DNA of 64,000 bases from assembly GCA_963702895.1 (NCBI GenBank), contig OY969767.1:1824001-1888000 (forward strand). The letters are read 5' to 3'. Within the stretch, counting starts at the first letter, position 1, and every line of letters begins with the position of its first letter. The DNA is from an uncultured Elusimicrobia bacterium. Its GTDB lineage: Bacteria > Elusimicrobiota > Elusimicrobia > 2-01-FULL-59-12. This document shows, one piece after another, positions 51,601 through 57,600 of this stretch. The position numbers were made by a program, and so were the translations under genes. The notes below the pieces were generated by a model, which was given only the letters and a program-made list of their open reading frames with translations, was not told where the DNA came from and did not search any database.

Positions 51601-54600
51601 GCCATTCAAATAGAAGGTGTTCGCGGTGAAGCTGGAGGCAAACGTCACGCCGCCGGAGGAGGTGTTGGAATCGACCAACATCGTGAAGCTTGTGCCGCTC
51701 GGTTCATTAAAGGTTTGGGTGGCGCTGCCAATGAAGGTGATGGTGCTGGTGTTAGGGATGAACTTGCCGCCGCCGTTGGTCCAGTTACCGCCCAACACGA
51801 TCGCGGCGCTCGAGGTGTCCAGCGTCCCGGCGTTTAAGGCCAGGCTTCCGGTCATGGTAATCGCGTCCTTGAGTGTGAGTCCCGCACCATCAACCGTGAC
51901 GCTGTAGAAAGACTTGCCGGCGGAGGTGGACTGCTGCACGGAAGCCCCGGCGAAGATGACGGTGCTTGTCCCCGCGTCAAAGGTGCTCGAGCTCGTGAGG
52001 ACGATGCCGGCGCCATTTAAGGTAACCACGGAGGTCCCCAAATAGACCGCGCCGGTCTGATTCCAGAGGCCGTTCACCGTGACGGAGCTGCCTTGGGATT
52101 GGAAGGCCCCGGCGACGACGAGGTTCTGGTTGGTCGTGACCTGGCCTTGAGGTTGGTAGACCCTCCCCGGCCAAACATAGAGCGACTTGCCGGAGGCGGT
52201 CGTGAGCGAATTGCCCGAAACCGAGTAGATCGCCGTCATGTCGGCATTGCCGTTGTGTGCGGCGGCGAGCAGGGCGTTGGTGATCGGAGTCCCCTCCGGA
52301 ACATCGGAGCGGACAATGAGATGGTCTTGGTAGAGATCGATCTGGGCGTTGGATTCAGCGGAGGCAAGCACAGCCGTGACCGCTTTCTCGGCGGCCCCCG
52401 AGAGATAGAGCGCGATCGTGGTGCCGGCGGTGAGGTTGAGGCCTGTGAAGTTAAACTGGCCGCTCGAGTTGGTGACGGTGGTGTAGGCGGGGGTCGCGCC
52501 GTTCACGGAAAGCGCCACCGTGCGTCCCGAGCCCAACGGCGTGGTACCGGTGTCGGCGTAAGCGGTCCCGGAGATACCCGGCACGGAGATCATGGCGAAG
52601 CCTTGCGCCGGCCGGCCGCCGATGGTCGTGAAGGAGCCTCCCACATACGCCGTCCCGCCCGAAACCGCAAGGGCGTAGACGCCGCTGCCGGCGTTGGGGT
52701 CCCAGGACGTGGCGTTGCCGCTCGCGTCTAAGGCCGCGATCCGGTTGCGCGTCTGGCCGCCGATCGTGGTAAACCAACCTCCCGCATAGACCACGCCGCC
52801 CGAAACTGCGAGGGCGTTGACGCCGCTGCCGGCGTTGGGGTCCCAGGACGTGGCGGCTCCGCCGCCGCTCGCGTCTAAGGCCGCAATACGGTTGCGCGTC
52901 TGGCCGCCGATCGTGGTAAAGAAGCCTCCCGCATAGACCACCCCACCGGAAACAGCGAGGGCGCTGACGCTGCTGCCAGCGTTGGGGTCCCAGGACGTGG
53001 CGGCTCCGCCGCCGCTCGCGTCTAAGGCCGCAATACGGTTGCGCGTCTGGCCGCCGATCGTGGTGAAGGCGCCTCCCGCATAGACCACCCCACCGGAAAC
53101 AGCGAGGGCGCTGACGCCGCTGCCGGCGTTGGGGTCCCAGGACGTGGCGGCTCCGCCGCCGCTCGCGTCTAAGGCCGCGATCCGGTTGCGCGTCTGGCCG
53201 CCGATCGTGGTGAAGGAGCCTCCCGCATAGACCACACCACCCGAAACCGCGAGGGCGTTGACGGGGTTGCCAGCGTTGGGGTTCCAGGAGGTGGCGTTGC
53301 CGCTCGAGTCTAAGGCCGCGATCCGATTGCGCGTCTGGCCGCCGATCGTGGTAAAGGAGCCTCCCGCATAGACCACACCACCGGAAACAGCGAGGGCGTA
53401 GACGATGTTGTCGACGGCGCCAGCGTTCCAGGACGTGGCGTTGCCGCTCGAGTCCAGGGCGGCGATACGATTGCGCGTCTGGCCGCCGATCGTGGTGAAG
53501 TAGCCTCCCGCATAGACCACCCCGCCCGAAACCGCAAGGGCGTAGACGCTGTTGTCGACGGCGCCAGCGTTCCAGGAGGTGGCGGCTCCGCCGCCGCTGG
53601 CGTCTAAGGCCGCGATCCGGTTGCGCGTCTGGCCGCCGATGGTGGTGAAGGAGCCTCCCGCATAGACCACACCACCGGAAACAGCGAGGGCGCTGACGCT
53701 GCTGCCAGCGTTGGGGTTCCAGGAGGTGGCGTTGCCGCTCGCGTCTAAGGCCGCGATCCGGTTGCGCGTCTGGCCGCCAATCGTGTTGAAGGAGCCTCCC
53801 GCATAGACCACACCACCGGAAACAGCGAGGGCGCTGACGGGGTTGCCAGCGTTGGGGTTCCAGGACGTGGCGTTGCCGCTCGCGTCTAAGGCCGCGATAT
53901 AGTTGCGGGTCTGGCCGCCGATCGTGGTGAAGGCGCCTCCCGCATAGACCACAGCACCCGAAACCGCGAGGGCGCTGACGTTGCTAACGGCGTTGGGGTT
54001 CCAGGAGGTGGCGTTGCCGCTGGCATCGAGCGCCGCGATATAGTTGCGCGCCTGGCCGCCGATCGTGGTGAAGTAGCCTCCCGCATAGACCACACCACCC
54101 GAAACCGCAAGGGCGTAGACGCTGTTGTCGACGGCGCCAGCGTTCCAGGAGGTGGCGGCTCCGCCGCCGCTGGCGTCTAAGGCCGCGATCCGGTTGCGCG
54201 TCTGGCCGCCGATGGTGGTAAAGGAGCCTCCCGCATACACCACACCACCCGAAACCGCGAGGGCGTTGACGCTGCTGCCAGCGTTGGGGTTCCAAGAAGG
54301 GTCCACCTGGCCGCTCGGCAGGATATGGGCGATGCGGTTGCGCGCGACCCCGCCAACGTGCGTGAAAGAACCGCCGATATACCAGCCGCCGCTTCCATCC
54401 GGCACCGCCGCGTTGACGGACCCTGCCACCTTAGGATAAGGCGACACCATTAGGCCGGTGGTTTCGGAAATCGGCACCCCTGAGCCTGTGTTCGGGCCCA
54501 CCTGGGTGAAATCGCCTCCGATATAGGTCGTCGTGCCATCGCGCAGGATGGCGTAAACCGTGCCGTTAGTCACCCAGGCCTGGTCGTTCGGGACGTCCGA

Positions 54601-57600
54601 CATGGAGGCGAACACCCAGTTCACGTTGTTGCCGGAGTCCGCGCAGCCCTGGTTGTTTGTGGTGCAGTAAAGCGTTTGGCCGCCCGAGGCGTTGTTGTCC
54701 TTGACGTCCAAGTAGGCGAGGCTCTGGACACCGGAGGTGGACAGAGCCAGATAGGCTTGGGTGCTCGGGGTGCTCGAGCGCAGGTACAGGCGCGTCGTCG
54801 TGGACACCCCCACCAGGGTGAGCGTGCCCTGCACCGTTTGCGTGGAGCCCGCCGGGAAGGTCACCGTGTCTGTTCCGACCGCGTATTTCACGAAGTCGTA
54901 GAAAGTGGTCGAGCCCATGAGGCGCTGGTTTGTGCCGTTGAAGGTTACGGAGGACGCTCGGGCGTTGAAGGTGCCGCCCGCAGCGATCCAGTTGGAGCTC
55001 ACTGTGAGGCTGTAGCTGCTGGTCGTGACATCGAGCGTCCCCGCCGAAAGGGTCAGGTTCTCTTTGATGGTGAGTCCGCCGGTGGCGCTAAAGGTCCCGC
55101 CCGAGCCATTAATAAGGAGATTGCGATACGTCCAGGTCGAGAGCACCACCGAAGCCCCGGTGGCGTTGTAGGTGACGGTGGAGCCGGCGAGCGTCTCGGG
55201 GGCCAGGGCCACGGTCTCGCTTCCTTTTAAGACGAGTGTCCCCGAAACGGTGAAACTGGACGGGGTGAAGTTGTACCCGGCCAGGGTCAAGGTCCCGCCG
55301 GCGTTCACGGCGGCCGTGCTGATGACGGTCGCCGCGCCCAGCGTCACGGCGTCATTGTTCAGGATCACCACCGCGTCGCAGACCCCCGGCGTGCCCGAGG
55401 GACTCCAGGTGGCGGCGCTTGACCAGTTGCCGCCGCCCGTGCCGTTCGAGTTGTAGGTGCTGCCTCCCCCCGCGAACGTCCAATTGACCGTGTGCCCCAG
55501 GTTTTGGGACGGGCAGCCGGCATTGATCGTTTGGCCGCCGTTCGAGCCGGCGTCATTGTCGATCACTTCCACGTAACTGACGTTGTTCGACCCGGTGTTG
55601 TTGAAGTAGGCGTAGGTGCCGGGGACCGTTGAGCGGATCGCGACACGCTTGCCGCTGGAGCCGTTCAAGGACAGAGTGGTGAAGGTGAACGTTGAATTGG
55701 CCTGGAAGTAGACCGTGGTCGCGCTGGCAAGACCTGCGCCATTCAAATAGAAGGTGCTTGCGGTGAAGCTGGAGGCAAACGTCACGCCGCCGGAGGAGGT
55801 GTTGGAATCGACCAAAATAGTGAAGCTCGTGCCGCTGGGTTCATTAAAGGTTTGCGCGGCGCTGCCACTCAAGGTGATGGTGCTGGTGTTGGCGACGAAT
55901 TTCCCACCGCCATTGGTCCAGTTGCCACCCAGGGTGATCGCGGCACTCGAGGTGTCCAGAGTTCCAGCGTTCAGGGCCATGGTGCCGGTGAGTGTCAGGG
56001 TGTCCTTCATGGTCAACCCGGCGCCGTTGACGGTGACGCTATAGAACGATTTGCCGGCAGAGGTGGACTGCTGGACCGAAGCCCCCGCGAAGATCACGGT
56101 GCTCGTCCCGGCGTCAAAATTGCCGGAGCCGGTGAGGTCGATCCCGGAACCATTTAAGGTGACGACGGACGTCCCGAGCTGGACCACGCCGGTCTGGCGC
56201 CAAATACCGTTCACCGTGACGGAACTGCCGGCCGGCTGCAAGGCTCCCGCGATGACTAAATTGTTGTTGGTTGTGATCTGACCTTTGGGTTGATAAGGGG
56301 TGCCGCCCCAGACGTAGAGCGATTTGCCAGAAGCCGTCGTGAGCGCCGTGCCGGCGACGGAGTAGATCGCGCTCATATCGGCGTTGCCGTTGTGCGCGGC
56401 GGCCAAGAGGGCGTTGGTGGCCGGGGTGCCGTCGGCAAGATCCGAGCGTACGATCAGGTGGTCCTGGTAGAGATCGATCATGGCCTTCGATTCAGCGGAG
56501 GCCAGCACGGCCGTGACCGCTTTCTCAGACGCCCCGGAGAGATAGAGCGCGATCGTGGTGCCGGCTGTTAAATTCAAACCGCTGAATGTAAACTTCCCGC
56601 TGGAATCAGTCGTGGCGGTGTAAGCCGGCGCGGCGCCGTTGACCGAGAGCGCCACCGTGCGGCCCGACCCCAACGGCGTAGTGCCGGTGTCCGCATAAGC
56701 AGTGCCCGAGATGCCGGGCACTGAAATCATCGCGAACCCTACCGCCGGCCGGCCGCCGATGGCGGTGAAGTCGCCTCCCACGTACGCCGTCCCGCCCGAA
56801 ACCACCAAGGCCCTGACGGCGTTATTGGCGCTGGGGTTCCAAGAGGTGGCGTTGCCTGAGGCATCCAAGGCGGCGATCTTGTTGCGCGTCTGGCCGCCGA
56901 TGGAGGTGAAGTCGCCTCCCACATACGCCGTCCCACCCGAAACCGCCAAGGCTCTGACGGTGCCGCCGGCGTTGGGGTTCCAGGAGGTCGCGTTGCCTGA
57001 GGCATCCAAGGCGGCGATTCGGTTGCGGGTCTGGCCGCCGATCGTGGCAAAGCTGCCTCCTGCGTACACCACGCCGCCTGAAACCGCCAGAGCGCTGACG
57101 GTGCCGCCGGCGTTGGGGTTCCACGAAGTGGCGTTGCCTGAGGCATCCAAGGCGGCGATGCGGCTGCGGGTCTGGCCGCCGATCGTGGCAAAGCTGCCTC
57201 CTGCGTACACCACGCCGCCTGAAACCGCAAGAGCGCTGACGGCGCTGCCGGCGACGGGGTTCCAGGAAGTGGCGTTGCCTGAGGCATTCAAGGCGGCGAT
57301 GTAGCTGCGGGTCTGGCCGCCGATCGTGGTGAATTGGCCTCCCGCATAGACCACTCCGCCGGAGACGGCGAGAGCTGCGACATTATTGTCCACATTGCCG
57401 GCATCCCAGGAAGTGGCGTTGCCTGAGGCATCCAAGGCGGCGATCTTGTTGCGCGTCTGGCCGCCGATCGTGCTGAAGCTTCCTCCCGCATAGACCACTC
57501 CGCCGGAAACCGCCAAGGCTCTGACAGTGTTATTGGCGTTGGGGTTCCAGGAAATGGCGTTGCCGCTTGAGTCCAAGGCGGCGATATTGTTGCGCGTCTG